From positions 10,071 to 74,070 of the forward strand of contig JASLOA010000034.1 in NCBI GenBank assembly GCA_030745755.1: DNA of 64,000 nucleotides. The letters are read 5' to 3'. Within the stretch, counting starts at the first letter, position 1. Each line of letters begins with the position of its first letter. A program made the translations under genes and the position numbers. This stretch comes from Kiritimatiellia bacterium. Its GTDB lineage: Bacteria > Verrucomicrobiota > Kiritimatiellia > UBA8416 > JABMPJ01. The notes beneath the pieces are model-generated. The model was not told where the DNA came from. It saw nothing but the letters and a program-made list of their open reading frames with translations, and did no database searches. Of this stretch, positions 26,266 through 36,118 are shown in pieces.

Positions 26266-26348
26266 CGACTTCGCTCGGGATGACAGTCTCGGAATTACCG
26301 GGTTGCCTGGGGAGTTGTCATGCTGAGCTTGTCGAAGCATCTCCTCTG
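26266..26348. repeat. Family-1 palindromic element (gagatccctcgacttcgctcgggatgaca ... tgtcatgctgagcttgtcgaagcatctc)
   Basis: Read directly. Confidence 0.8.
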
Positions 26349-26398
26349 ACCTGTTTCGATAATCCGGGCAACAGCCCGCTACGTGGAAGGGAACTGAG

Positions 26399-27655
26399 AT
26401 GAGCGATCTCTTCGAGCGAGCGCAACGTGTGATTCCTGGTGGGGTGAACAGTCCTGTACGGGCCTTCAACGCCGTAGGGGGAGACCCTATATATGTTGTA
26501 AAAGGCGAGGGAACTCGACTAACCACCACTGATGGACGTGAGTTGCTTGATTTCTGTGGGTCGTGGGGGCCGTTGGTGCTGGGGCACAGCCATCCGAAGG
26601 TGATTGCCGCCATCCAGAAAGCTGTAGCCGATGGAACATCATTCGGCATCAATACGCCCCGCGAAGTAGAGTTTGCCGAACTGCTGTGCGGGATGGCGGG
26701 TATTGACAAGGTGCGACTGGTCAACTCCGGTACCGAGGCGACGATGACGGCCATCCGCCTGGCACGCGGCGCGACCGGTCGCTCCAAGATCATCAAGTTC
26801 GCGGGCTGCTATCACGGTCACAGCGATGGTCTACTCGTCGCGGCCGGTAGCGGGCTCATGACCGGCGGCGTAACCTCGTCGGCGGGCGTTCCCGAGTCGG
26901 TAGCCGCCGACGTGTTTCTTCCCGAGTACAACGACCTGGCGGCCGTTAACGAGATCGTAGATGCACGTGGTGACGAGTTGGCCGCGATTATCCTCGAACC
27001 GATCGCCGCCAACATGGGGCTTGTGCCGCCGGATGAGGGGTTCCTGGCCGGATTGCGTGAGGCGGCCGACCGGTGCGGGGCGGTATTGATCTTCGATGAA
27101 GTCATCACCGGTTTCCGACTCGGCCCCTGCACATATGCGCAGCAGTGTGGCGTACAACCCGACCTCGTCACGCTCGGCAAGATCATCGGCGGCGGCCTGC
27201 CGATCGGTGCGGTGGGTGGCAAAGCCGCTGTGATGGATAACCTGGCGCCACTGGGCGAGGTCTACCAGGCCGGAACCCTGAGTGGCAACCCCGTGGCCGT
27301 GGCGGCGGGGCTGACCACACTGCAGTTGCTGGCTGCTGAGCCGCCCTACGAGGGTATGGCCGCGCTGGCCGGGCGGCTGGCCGCCGAGACGAACGACCGC
27401 GCCGTTGATGCTGGTGCACCGCTGAGAGTCAGAGCCCTGGGCAGTATGTTTACGCCGTTCTTCTGCGAAAGCCCCATCCGCAACTACACCGACGCCAAGA
27501 GATGCGACACGAAGCAACACGCCGCCTTCTTCCATGCCATGCTCGATGCCGGCATCTACCTGCCGCCCAGCCAGTTCGAAGTCGGGTTTGTCTCCGCCGC
27601 GCACACCGAAGCTGACGTCGACCAATTTGTCGAGGCGGCTGCGTCCGCGTTGTGA
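26399..27655 (+). CDS. hemL: Glutamate-1-semialdehyde 2,1-aminomutase
   Basis: RVIPGGVNSPVRAF..., PLP-lysine region; 418 aa. Confidence 0.9.
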   Translation: MSDLFERAQRVIPGGVNSPVRAFNAVGGDPIYVVKGEGTRLTTTDGRELLDFCGSWGPLVLGHSHPKVIAAIQKAVADGTSFGINTPREVEFAELLCGMAGIDKVRLVNSGTEATMTAIRLARGATGRSKIIKFAGCYHGHSDGLLVAAGSGLMTGGVTSSAGVPESVAADVFLPEYNDLAAVNEIVDARGDELAAIILEPIAANMGLVPPDEGFLAGLREAADRCGAVLIFDEVITGFRLGPCTYAQQCGVQPDLVTLGKIIGGGLPIGAVGGKAAVMDNLAPLGEVYQAGTLSGNPVAVAAGLTTLQLLAAEPPYEGMAALAGRLAAETNDRAVDAGAPLRVRALGSMFTPFFCESPIRNYTDAKRCDTKQHAAFFHAMLDAGIYLPPSQFEVGFVSAAHTEADVDQFVEAAASAL

Positions 27656-27693
27656 TTGCATCGGCTGTGGGGGGAGGGTAGTATCCGGGCCGT

Positions 27694-29115
27694 ATGGGTA
27701 AACGGGACACATCGGATGTAGTGGACAGCCTCGTGGCGGTGGTGGCGGATGCCGTCGCCGTCGTGCTGGGGATGTACCTGGCGGTATGGGTGCGTTTCGA
27801 CAGCGGCTGGCTGCCGATTCCCTTTGGCCGACATCCCGACATCTACATGGAGTATACCAGCGGCATCCTGTTGGTGGTGCCCATCTACCTGCTGATCTTC
27901 CGCTCGCTGGGGCTCTACGTTCGTCCGCAGATCGGCCGGTTCGAGGATAAGATCCCGCGCCTGGTGCGCGCATCCGGTCTCTGCCTGGTGGCCGCGATGG
28001 TGCTTGCGTTTGTGTTCAAGAACATCGTGGAGTACTCCACGATGGCCATCTTTGCTTCGGTGGCCACGGTCACGCTGCTGGTCGTGCTGGAGCGCTATGT
28101 TCTGTTCCGGCTCGAGCTGCACTATGCCCGGCACAGCACTGCCATCAACCGGGTTTTGATACTGGGAACCGACCCCGTGGCGGCCCATCTGAAACGGTCG
28201 CTGGAGAACGAGCCGAAGCTCCGCTCCCGCGTGGTGGGTTTTCTGCGCACGGATCTCTCCGAACCGGACGCCGATATACCGCGTGACCTGGTGAAGGGAA
28301 CCATCGACGAGCTGGCCGCGGTCGCGCTGCTGGAAGAGGAAGATAAGGTGGACCAGATCATTCTGACCAACTCGGTGATTGGACACCAACGCATTGTCGA
28401 TATCATCCTGTTCTGCGAGCGCGAGCTGATCCGCTTCAACATGGTTCCCGACCTGTTTCGTATTCTGACGAGCAACATGGATATGCAATCGGTCGATGAT
28501 ATCCCCATGCTGGGCATCAGTCAGTGGCCGTTGGATCACTTCTGGAAAAGGGTCCTCAAGCGAAGCGAGGATATCATCGGCTCCCTGCTGGGCCTTCTCG
28601 TCTCCGCTCCCGTGATAGCCATCGCCGCCGTGCTGATTAGGCGGGAGTCCCCCGGTCCGATCTTCTATGCCCAGGAACGCTGTGGCGAGAAGGGGGAGCC
28701 TTTTCCGATCTACAAGCTGAGAACGATGCGGACGGACGCGGAGTCGGAGAGTGGCCCGGTCTTCACGGCCGAGGAAGACCCGCGTGTGACGCGCATCGGG
28801 CGGTTCCTGCGGCGTCACAACCTCGACGAGTTGCCGCAGTTCTGGAACGTGCTTCGCGGCGAGATGAGCCTGGTAGGCCCCCGCCCCGAGCGGCCCCATT
28901 TTGTGGAGAAGTTCAAGGAAGACATCGGTCGCTACATGTGGCGTCATGTGTCGAAGCCCGGCGTGACCGGTTGGGCCCAGGTGAACGGGCTGCGGGGCAA
29001 TACTAGCATTGAGGAACGAATCAAGTACGACCTCTACTATCTCGAGAACTGGTCGCTATCGCTTGATTTCAAGATCCTGGTGAAGACGTTTATGGCGCGC
29101 GAGAATGCGTATTGA
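27694..29115 (+). CDS. Polyprenyl glycosylphosphotransferase (bacterial sugar transferase, WbaP/WcaJ-like)
   Basis: C-terminal ...LRTMRTDAE...DELPQFWNVLRGEMSLVGPRPE... sugar-transferase signature. Confidence 0.85.
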   Translation: MGKRDTSDVVDSLVAVVADAVAVVLGMYLAVWVRFDSGWLPIPFGRHPDIYMEYTSGILLVVPIYLLIFRSLGLYVRPQIGRFEDKIPRLVRASGLCLVAAMVLAFVFKNIVEYSTMAIFASVATVTLLVVLERYVLFRLELHYARHSTAINRVLILGTDPVAAHLKRSLENEPKLRSRVVGFLRTDLSEPDADIPRDLVKGTIDELAAVALLEEEDKVDQIILTNSVIGHQRIVDIILFCERELIRFNMVPDLFRILTSNMDMQSVDDIPMLGISQWPLDHFWKRVLKRSEDIIGSLLGLLVSAPVIAIAAVLIRRESPGPIFYAQERCGEKGEPFPIYKLRTMRTDAESESGPVFTAEEDPRVTRIGRFLRRHNLDELPQFWNVLRGEMSLVGPRPERPHFVEKFKEDIGRYMWRHVSKPGVTGWAQVNGLRGNTSIEERIKYDLYYLENWSLSLDFKILVKTFMARENAY

Positions 29116-29134
29116 GAGAGTGTGAGAGTGTGAG

Positions 29135-29611
29135 GTGACTATGCAAGGCGGTTTTTCTGAACTATTCTTCTCGGCCTGTTTCTGGTCGGCGTTTGCCTCA
29201 TGGATGGTGGCCCAGTGCACCAAGATGATCTGCGGATTCCTGGAGACGAAGCGCTTCGACTTCCACTACCTGGTCAGTACGGGCGGCATGCCCAGTGCAC
29301 ACAGTGCCAGCGTAGGCGGGCTGGCGACATCCGTGGGACTACTGGAAGGATTCGGCTCTCCCCTCTTCGTTGTGGCGCTCGGGTTCGCCTTGATCACAAT
29401 GTTCGATGCCTCGACGGTGCGCCGTGCCGCGGGCCTGCAGGCCACCCTGCTCAACCAGATCGTCGACGAGTTGTTCAAGGAGCACCATCTCTCGGAGAAG
29501 AAGCTGGCCGAGTTGCTCGGCCACACTCGGCTGGAGGTGTTCATGGGGGCCACGGTAGGCGTCTTTGTGGGAATGATCGTCACAGTTAGGGCCATGATGA
29601 TGGGCATGTAA
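29135..29611 (+). CDS. Divergent PAP2 (DUF212) family membrane protein
   Basis: GGMPSAHSA motif. Confidence 0.7.
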   Translation: MTMQGGFSELFFSACFWSAFASWMVAQCTKMICGFLETKRFDFHYLVSTGGMPSAHSASVGGLATSVGLLEGFGSPLFVVALGFALITMFDASTVRRAAGLQATLLNQIVDELFKEHHLSEKKLAELLGHTRLEVFMGATVGVFVGMIVTVRAMMMGM

Positions 29612-29632
29612 GGATAAAGGAGAGAGACTACC

Positions 29633-30853
29633 TTGAAAGTCAGAGCCTTTAGAGGGGTGCATCCAACGGCAGACGTGGCCGCCCAGGTCGCCAGTGTACC
29701 GTATGATGTAGTAAACGCGGAGGAGGCACGTGAGATGGCTGCGGGGAATCCTCACAGTTTCTTGCACGTGGTCCGGGCCGAGATCGATCTAGCCGAGGAC
29801 GCCGACCATTACTCATCCGAGGTCTATCAGCAGTCGGCCCGTGCCCTGGCCAGGATGCGGGCCGACGGTGTCCTGGTGCAGGACCAGGATCGGCAGTTGT
29901 ACGTCTATGAGCTGACCATGGGGGACCATGCCCAGTGCGGCGTTGTGGCCTGCTGTGCGGTCTCGGACTATGACGACGGTACGATCAAGCGGCACGAGCA
30001 GACGCGTGAGGAGAAGCTGCGCGATCGCGTCACGCTGGTCGATACGCTCGGCGCCAACAGCGGCCCCGTATTTCTGACCTACCGGGATTCGGCCGGTGTC
30101 GACGCCCTGGTTGCCCAGGCGCGTGCGACGGAGCCCTTGATCAGTCTGGAGCGCGAGAACGGCAATCGTCACACGATCTGGACCGTTCCGGTGCCGGCGG
30201 ACATGGAGGCGGCCTTCGCCAGGGTACCGGCGGCCTACATTGCGGACGGGCATCATCGCGCTGCCGCCGCCGCCGAAGTGGCCAAGCTTCGTCGCGACAG
30301 AAATCCAGAGATGGATAATGCCGGAAGCGACTGGTTCCTGACCGTACTCTTTCCTGCCAGCCAGATGCGCATCATGCCCTATAACCGCGTGGTGCATGAT
30401 CTGAACGGCCGCACCTCTGCTGAATTCCTTGAGGCGCTGTCCGGCGTGGGCGACGTGAGTTCGGGGAGCGCCGAGGTGCCGGAGACCCGTGGGAGCGTGG
30501 GCATCTATATCGAAGGACAGTGGCATCGCTTGACCTGGCATGAGGGCGTGGTCGACCCGTCCGATGAAGTGGGACGGCTGGATGTGAGTGTGTTGCAGTC
30601 GCGCGTCCTGGAACCGGTCCTGGGCATAGCCGATCCGCGGCGCGATGAACGTATCGCTTTCGTGGGCGGTATCCGCGGCATCGGTGAGTTGGAGCGGCTG
30701 GTGGATGGCGGGGAGGCGGCCGTGGCGTTTGCGATGCATCCGGTAGAGGTCGAAGATCTTATCGCGGTCTCAGACGCCGAACGCCTGATGCCCCCCAAGA
30801 GCACCTGGTTTGAACCGAAGTTGCTTTCAGGTCTTCTTGTCCATGTGTTCTGA
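29633..30853 (+). CDS. DUF1015 family protein
   Basis: C-terminal MPPKSTWFEPKLLSGLL DUF1015 signature; TTG start after SD aaggagag. Confidence 0.75.
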   Translation: MKVRAFRGVHPTADVAAQVASVPYDVVNAEEAREMAAGNPHSFLHVVRAEIDLAEDADHYSSEVYQQSARALARMRADGVLVQDQDRQLYVYELTMGDHAQCGVVACCAVSDYDDGTIKRHEQTREEKLRDRVTLVDTLGANSGPVFLTYRDSAGVDALVAQARATEPLISLERENGNRHTIWTVPVPADMEAAFARVPAAYIADGHHRAAAAAEVAKLRRDRNPEMDNAGSDWFLTVLFPASQMRIMPYNRVVHDLNGRTSAEFLEALSGVGDVSSGSAEVPETRGSVGIYIEGQWHRLTWHEGVVDPSDEVGRLDVSVLQSRVLEPVLGIADPRRDERIAFVGGIRGIGELERLVDGGEAAVAFAMHPVEVEDLIAVSDAERLMPPKSTWFEPKLLSGLLVHVF

Positions 30854-31090
30854 CCTTTTCGACAGGTCCCCGCGACCTTGGTCGTAGGAACCGGTGCATT
30901 CGGAGTTGCTGGTCTATGTGTTCTAGGTTTTTGGATAGGTCCCCCGCGACCTCGGTCGCGGGAACCGCTGCATTCGGAGTTGCTGGTCTATGTATTCTAG
31001 GTTTTTGGACAGGTCCCCCGCGACCTTGGTCGTGGGAACCGGAGATCTCAGATTCCCGCGACCCAAGGTCGCGGGGGGCATTCCCCATTC
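30851..31090. repeat. Tandem repeat, about 62 bp x 3 plus a partial unit; each unit holds a palindrome CCCGCGACC..GGTCGCGGG; the first unit overlaps the DUF1015 stop
   Basis: Units ...ttctaggtttttggataggtcccccgcgacctcggtcgcgggaaccgctgcattcggagttgctggtctatgt... read directly. Confidence 0.8.
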
Positions 31091-31141
31091 GTGTTGATTC
31101 GCCGTTCTTGAAAAACCCAGCGGAAGTGGTAGGTTAGTTCT

Positions 31142-32908
31142 GTGATACATCCTGAATCAGAGTGGAGTTATGCGGGTCCGCGGGCACACCATGTCATCGC
31201 GGCATCGCTGGCGTGTGTCCTGTCCGTGCTCGTGCATGTGGGGCTACTGATTGGTATTCTGACGCTCGACATCCCGCTGCCCGGCATGTTGAGCAATATC
31301 CGGCTGCCCGAGCGGTTGCGCCCCATGAAGATGGGTGACGTACGACGTGCGCCTGAGTCGCCCATGGATGCGGCGGAAGACAGCCCGAAGCCGACCATCG
31401 AGGATGTCGTGGACACCGCCGAGAAATTGGGGGTACCGGTCCCGGCTTCGCTACTGGCCCCGCCGGCCGCTCCTGTCGGTGGTACCGGGACCGAAACGCC
31501 CAACCTGGCCGAGCCCGAGCTACCCGCTCCGCCCGAGGTGTGGCAGCCGCGCCAGGAGATCGTGGCCATCGAGAAGACGGTCTCCAAGCTGGATGTAACA
31601 CCCATTGACCGCATCACGATTCCTGCCCTCGAGCGCACCATCGCCGCGCCCGACATTGCGTTGCCGGTTCAACGCTCGCTGGCCGCTCCGCCGCCCCTGC
31701 AGAGCGATGGGCCGGGCAAGCAGGCCCTGTCAAGGACTCCCGCCAGCGACAGTATTGTGCTGCCGGCCCCTCTGCAGGATATTGAACAGCCCCGCCCGGC
31801 CGCCGTTCCAAGCGACGCCGTTGTGGAGGAGGGGACCGAGCTGTTCAAAGAGACGCTGGAAGAGATTACCCCGTTGAAGCCTATCGAGCGGGTGCTGGCG
31901 GCGCAGGCGACCACGTACGAAAGCCGCTGGGACCGGAGATATGGCTACTTCAAAGTTGAGATCACCGGGCTCGGCCCCGATGTGCTCCCGGTTATGCCCA
32001 AGGACGTGATTCTCATGCAGGACTGTTCCGCAAGTATGGCGGAGCAGCGGCTCTTCTTCTGCAGGCAAGGCATCAATGCTTGCCTGGAGTTCCTCGGCGA
32101 CGATGACCGTTTTGAGATTATCGCGTTTCGGCAGAAGGCAGATCGTTGTTTCGGGGCACTGGTGGACAACGAGGCATCGAATGTCGCCAAGGCGCGTGAG
32201 TTCATCAAGGGCATGCGTCCCGGGGGCAACACAGATATCCTTAACTCCATTCGTGAGCTGGTGGCGCTGCCACGTGAAGCCGGTAGGCCGATCGTCGTGC
32301 TGATCGTAACCGACGGGCTGGCGACAGCCGGGCAGACCGGAAGCTCCGGTATCATTGGCGAGTTCAGCCAGATGAATGACGGTATGCTGTCGATCTACAC
32401 AATCGGCACCGTGCAAACGGCTGACGAGTACCTGCTTGACCTCCTGAGCTACAGCAATCGCGGCGAAGTCATCCCGCTGGGCAGTGGGCGTTGGAGCATT
32501 CCCGGCTCCATTCGTGATGCGATGGATAAGATCAGTCGCCCCGTGCTCGCCAACGTTGATTTCCGGTTTCCTGTCGGAGCAAAGTGTGAGGTCTACCCGG
32601 TCCAAACCAGCAACCTCTACCTTGATCGGCCACTGGTGCTGTACGGGCGCTACCCACGCGGTGAAGAGCGCGTGACGTTTCAGGCTGTTGGGGAAGGCAG
32701 CACCGCCAAGTCCGATATGCTCTTCGATGTCCCGCTGGCTGAAGGTGTCGGCAGTGGCGACAAGACGCTGCGCAGTGAGTGGGCCAAACAGAAAGTCTAC
32801 CACCTCATAGGCCAGTATGCCCGCCGCCAGGACCCCGATACCCTCCGCGACATCCGCGACACCGCCCGCGAATACAAGGTCAACGTTCCACACCGGGGGC
32901 GGTTTTGA
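31142..32908 (+). CDS. Membrane-anchored von Willebrand factor A domain protein with a Pro-rich (TonB-like) linker
   Basis: N-terminal TM; P/A-rich linker; MIDAS DCSASM...GNTDI...VTDG. Confidence 0.7.
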   Translation: MIHPESEWSYAGPRAHHVIAASLACVLSVLVHVGLLIGILTLDIPLPGMLSNIRLPERLRPMKMGDVRRAPESPMDAAEDSPKPTIEDVVDTAEKLGVPVPASLLAPPAAPVGGTGTETPNLAEPELPAPPEVWQPRQEIVAIEKTVSKLDVTPIDRITIPALERTIAAPDIALPVQRSLAAPPPLQSDGPGKQALSRTPASDSIVLPAPLQDIEQPRPAAVPSDAVVEEGTELFKETLEEITPLKPIERVLAAQATTYESRWDRRYGYFKVEITGLGPDVLPVMPKDVILMQDCSASMAEQRLFFCRQGINACLEFLGDDDRFEIIAFRQKADRCFGALVDNEASNVAKAREFIKGMRPGGNTDILNSIRELVALPREAGRPIVVLIVTDGLATAGQTGSSGIIGEFSQMNDGMLSIYTIGTVQTADEYLLDLLSYSNRGEVIPLGSGRWSIPGSIRDAMDKISRPVLANVDFRFPVGAKCEVYPVQTSNLYLDRPLVLYGRYPRGEERVTFQAVGEGSTAKSDMLFDVPLAEGVGSGDKTLRSEWAKQKVYHLIGQYARRQDPDTLRDIRDTAREYKVNVPHRGRF

Positions 32909-33040
32909 GGAAACAGTCTGTAGTGCCCCGTGCGGGCCGGCGGCTCATTGCTTGTGTCACCAAAACGCTAGACTGCTGGCCGCGTGTAGCCTACACTCTG
33001 TGATTAATTGTTGATCGTAGCGAATCGGGGAGGTCGAATC

Positions 33041-34762
33041 TTGGACATTGAGAAGATGCGCCATAGTGCGGCGCATGTGATGGCGGCGGCTGTGTGTCGT
33101 TTGTATGACGGGGTGAAGCTGGATATCGGCCCCGCCACAGGCGACGGATTCTACTACGATTTCGATCTTTCCGATCGGCTCTCTCCCGAGGACTTTTCGG
33201 CTATTGAGGCCGAGATGGCCAAAATCGTTGCGGAGAAACTCCCTTTCGAGCAGCTCGAGATGTCGCGCGAAGAAGCCGAGAAGTGGCTTAGTGAGCGGGA
33301 TCAGACCTTCAAACTCGAGCGCCTGGCCGCCATTCCGGAAGGTGAGGCTATTACCTTCTATAAGTGCGGCGACTTCATGGACCTCTGTCGGGGACCGCAT
33401 GTTGAGACCACCGGTGACGTCCGGGCTTTCAAGCTGACCTCGGTGGCGGGTTCCTACTTCCACGGCATTGAGACCAATCCGATGCTGCAGCGCGTCTACG
33501 GAATCGCGGCAGAGTCGCCCAAGGCGATTCGGGCCATCCTGAAGCAGATCGAAGAAGCCGCCAAACGCGATCACCGCAAGCTGGGCAAGGAGCTGGATCT
33601 CTTCAGCACCAGCGAGGACGTTGGCCCGGGCCTCACGCATTGGCATGCCAAGGGCGCACGCATCCGCTCTGCCATCGAGGATTTCTGGCGCCGCGAGCAC
33701 TATCGCGGTGGCTACGAGCTGGTCTACACCCCGCATATCGGACGCAGCATCCTGTGGGAGCGTTCGGGGCACCTGGAGTTCTACGGCGAGAACATGTATG
33801 CGCCGATGGATATCGACGGCAGCGACTACTACGTCAGGCCGATGAACTGCCCGTTCCATATCCAGATCTACAAGACGCAGAAACGCTCGTATCGTGAACT
33901 GCCGATGCGCATGGCTGAGCTGGGTACGGTTTATCGCTATGAGAAGAGCGGGGTCCTGCACGGTCTGCTGCGCGTGCGCGGCTTCACGCAGGACGATGCG
34001 CACATCTTCTGTACGGCGGAGCAGATGAAGGACGAGGTGGCCTACACCGTGCGCTTCGCGCTCCGTATTCTAGGCGCTTTCGGGTTCAGCGATGTCTCAG
34101 CCTATCTCGCCACGCGGCCCGCCAAGGCGGTCGGCGAAGAGGCGCGTTGGACGGCGGCAACGGAATCGCTGGAGGAGGCGCTCAAGGCCGAAGGGATTGC
34201 CTACGAGACGGATGACGGTGGCGGGGCGTTCTATGGCCCCAAGATCGATCTCAAGATCAAGGATGCGATCGGACGTGAGTGGCAGCTCTCGACTATCCAA
34301 TTCGATTTCAACCTGCCGGAACGGTTTGACCTGACCTATGTGGGCGACGATGGAGCCGAGCATCGGCCCTACATGGTGCATCGTGCGCTGCTGGGCAGTC
34401 TCGAGCGGTTCTTCGGCATACTGGTGGAGCATTACGGCGGGGCCTTCCCGCTCTGGCTGGCGCCGGAGCAGGTGCGGGTTATTCCGTTGACCGAGAAAGA
34501 ACTGGCCTATGCCCGGGAGGTGCATGACCGACTGCGCGCCGAGGATTTTCGGGTTTCCCTGGACGAGAAGTCCGAGCGTATGGGCGCCAAGATCCGCCGG
34601 GCCCAGAACGAGAAGATCCCCTACATGGTGATCGTAGGTCCCAAGGAGATGGAAGCGGGGACGGTCGCCGTGCGCCACCGTAAGGAAGGCGACACCGGCG
34701 CCGTGCCGTTGGATGATTTGATCGCGAGCCTTAACGAGGAACGTAAGGCCGGACAACAGTAA
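33041..34762 (+). CDS. thrS: Threonyl-tRNA synthetase (form without the N-terminal TGS domain)
   Basis: HRKLGKELDLF, class II motifs, Zn-site residues; start TTG at 33041 (after ggggagg) or ATG at 33056. Confidence 0.85.
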   Translation: MDIEKMRHSAAHVMAAAVCRLYDGVKLDIGPATGDGFYYDFDLSDRLSPEDFSAIEAEMAKIVAEKLPFEQLEMSREEAEKWLSERDQTFKLERLAAIPEGEAITFYKCGDFMDLCRGPHVETTGDVRAFKLTSVAGSYFHGIETNPMLQRVYGIAAESPKAIRAILKQIEEAAKRDHRKLGKELDLFSTSEDVGPGLTHWHAKGARIRSAIEDFWRREHYRGGYELVYTPHIGRSILWERSGHLEFYGENMYAPMDIDGSDYYVRPMNCPFHIQIYKTQKRSYRELPMRMAELGTVYRYEKSGVLHGLLRVRGFTQDDAHIFCTAEQMKDEVAYTVRFALRILGAFGFSDVSAYLATRPAKAVGEEARWTAATESLEEALKAEGIAYETDDGGGAFYGPKIDLKIKDAIGREWQLSTIQFDFNLPERFDLTYVGDDGAEHRPYMVHRALLGSLERFFGILVEHYGGAFPLWLAPEQVRVIPLTEKELAYAREVHDRLRAEDFRVSLDEKSERMGAKIRRAQNEKIPYMVIVGPKEMEAGTVAVRHRKEGDTGAVPLDDLIASLNEERKAGQQ

Positions 34763-34781
34763 ACAGAACAAGGAGGTAGTT

Positions 34782-35354
34782 ATTCGTTCATTTGTGAGAA
34801 GCAACCATCGCATCAGGGTCCCCCGGGTGCGTTGTGTGGCGTCCAATGGTGACATGCTTGGAGTCATGGAAACCCGGCAGGCCATGAAGCTGGCGATCGA
34901 TCAGGGGTTGGACCTGGTTGAGATCTCGCCGAATGCAGATCCGCCGGTGTGCCGAATCATGGATTTCGGTAAGTTCCGGTACGAAGAGAGTATGCGGCAG
35001 AAGAAGGCACGCAAGACACAGTCCAATAAAAGCATGAAGGAAGTTAAGTTCCACGCCAACGTGGGCGAGCACGACTTCCAGACGAAGCTGAACAAAGCCA
35101 AGGGGTTCTTGGAGAAGGGCCACAAGGTGAAGCTGAGCCTGCAATTCCGCGGTCGTGAGAATGCGCACCGGGAGCTGGGGTTCGAGGTCGTTCAGCGTGT
35201 GATCAAGGAATGTGTCGACATCAGTGTCATCGATATGGCGCCCAGGCTCATGGGGCGCAGCATTGTGGCGATGCTCGGTGTCAAGACCACCAAGGGGCAA
35301 AAAGGCAAGACTCCCAAGGGAACGCAGTCCACCCTTCCGAAGAATCCGGAGTGA
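34782..35354 (+). CDS. infC: Translation initiation factor IF-3, probable ATT start
   Basis: IRVPRVRCVASNGDMLGV ... typical IF3; SD aaggagg five nt before the in-frame ATT. Confidence 0.75.
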   Translation: MRSFVRSNHRIRVPRVRCVASNGDMLGVMETRQAMKLAIDQGLDLVEISPNADPPVCRIMDFGKFRYEESMRQKKARKTQSNKSMKEVKFHANVGEHDFQTKLNKAKGFLEKGHKVKLSLQFRGRENAHRELGFEVVQRVIKECVDISVIDMAPRLMGRSIVAMLGVKTTKGQKGKTPKGTQSTLPKNPE

Positions 35355-35467
35355 TTCTTCGAAAAAAGGACTGGACGCGGCACTGCCTTTTCGATAGCTT
35401 CTCGTGCTTTCCACAGGGGAAAACTGTATGCCGACCGCTTGGGTTCAGGCAGTAAGGACAATCACGA

Positions 35468-35659
35468 ATGCCGAAGAAAAAGACAAATAAGGCGGCCGCT
35501 AAGCGTTTCAAGAAGACCGCAACCGGTAAGTTGAAGTATCACAAGGCGGGTTCCGGCCATCTGCTGGCTGGCAAGAGCCGCAAACGCAAACGCTCACTGC
35601 GCAAAGGTGAGACGTTGAGCAAAACCGAGACCAAGCGTGTTGAAGGCATGCTGGCTTAG
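35468..35659 (+). CDS. rpmI: 50S ribosomal protein L35
   Basis: [28 protein letters not shown]... Confidence 0.9.
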   Translation: MPKKKTNKAAAKRFKKTATGKLKYHKAGSGHLLAGKSRKRKRSLRKGETLSKTETKRVEGMLA

Positions 35660-35679
35660 ATAGATTTCAGGAGAAGAAG

Positions 35680-36036
35680 ATGCCAAGAGCAACCAATGCA
35701 CCGGCTTCACGCCGCCGCCGTCGCCGTCGCCTCGAGCAGGCTAAGGGATTTCGCGGATCACGCAGTAAGCTGTTCCGCCAGGCCACCGAGGCCGTGGATC
35801 GCGCCATGCGCATGTCCACCACGCACCGCAAGGATCGCAAGCGCACCTACCGCCAACTGTGGATTGCGCGTGTGTCCGCTGCCTGTCGTCAGAACGGTAT
35901 TTCCTATAGCCGCCTGATCGAAGGTCTGACCAAGCAGAAAATCGCGCTCAACCGCAAGATGCTTTCCGAGATCGCCATTCATGATCCTGAAGGCTTTAGC
36001 ACGATCGTTGAGCAGGCCCGTGGTGGCCTGGCCTAA
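35680..36036 (+). CDS. rplT: 50S ribosomal protein L20
   Basis: RRRRRRRLEQAKGFRGSRSKLFR... Confidence 0.9.
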   Translation: MPRATNAPASRRRRRRRLEQAKGFRGSRSKLFRQATEAVDRAMRMSTTHRKDRKRTYRQLWIARVSAACRQNGISYSRLIEGLTKQKIALNRKMLSEIAIHDPEGFSTIVEQARGGLA

Positions 36037-36055
36037 CGAGCCAGACAACCTTTAA

Positions 36056-36087
36056 GCGGCCATCTCTCGGGATGGCCGTTTTTTTTT
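36056..36087 (+). terminator. Rho-independent terminator after rplT
   Basis: gcggccatctctcgggatggccg followed by a T9 run. Confidence 0.75.
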
Positions 36088-36118
36088 GGCAGACATGGGG
36101 AGCTGATGTGAGGGGGCT

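Noticed and set aside
30851-31090. Possible CRISPR array
   Set aside because: Units are directly tandem with no unique spacers, and no cas genes are present. It is a hairpin-containing tandem repeat.
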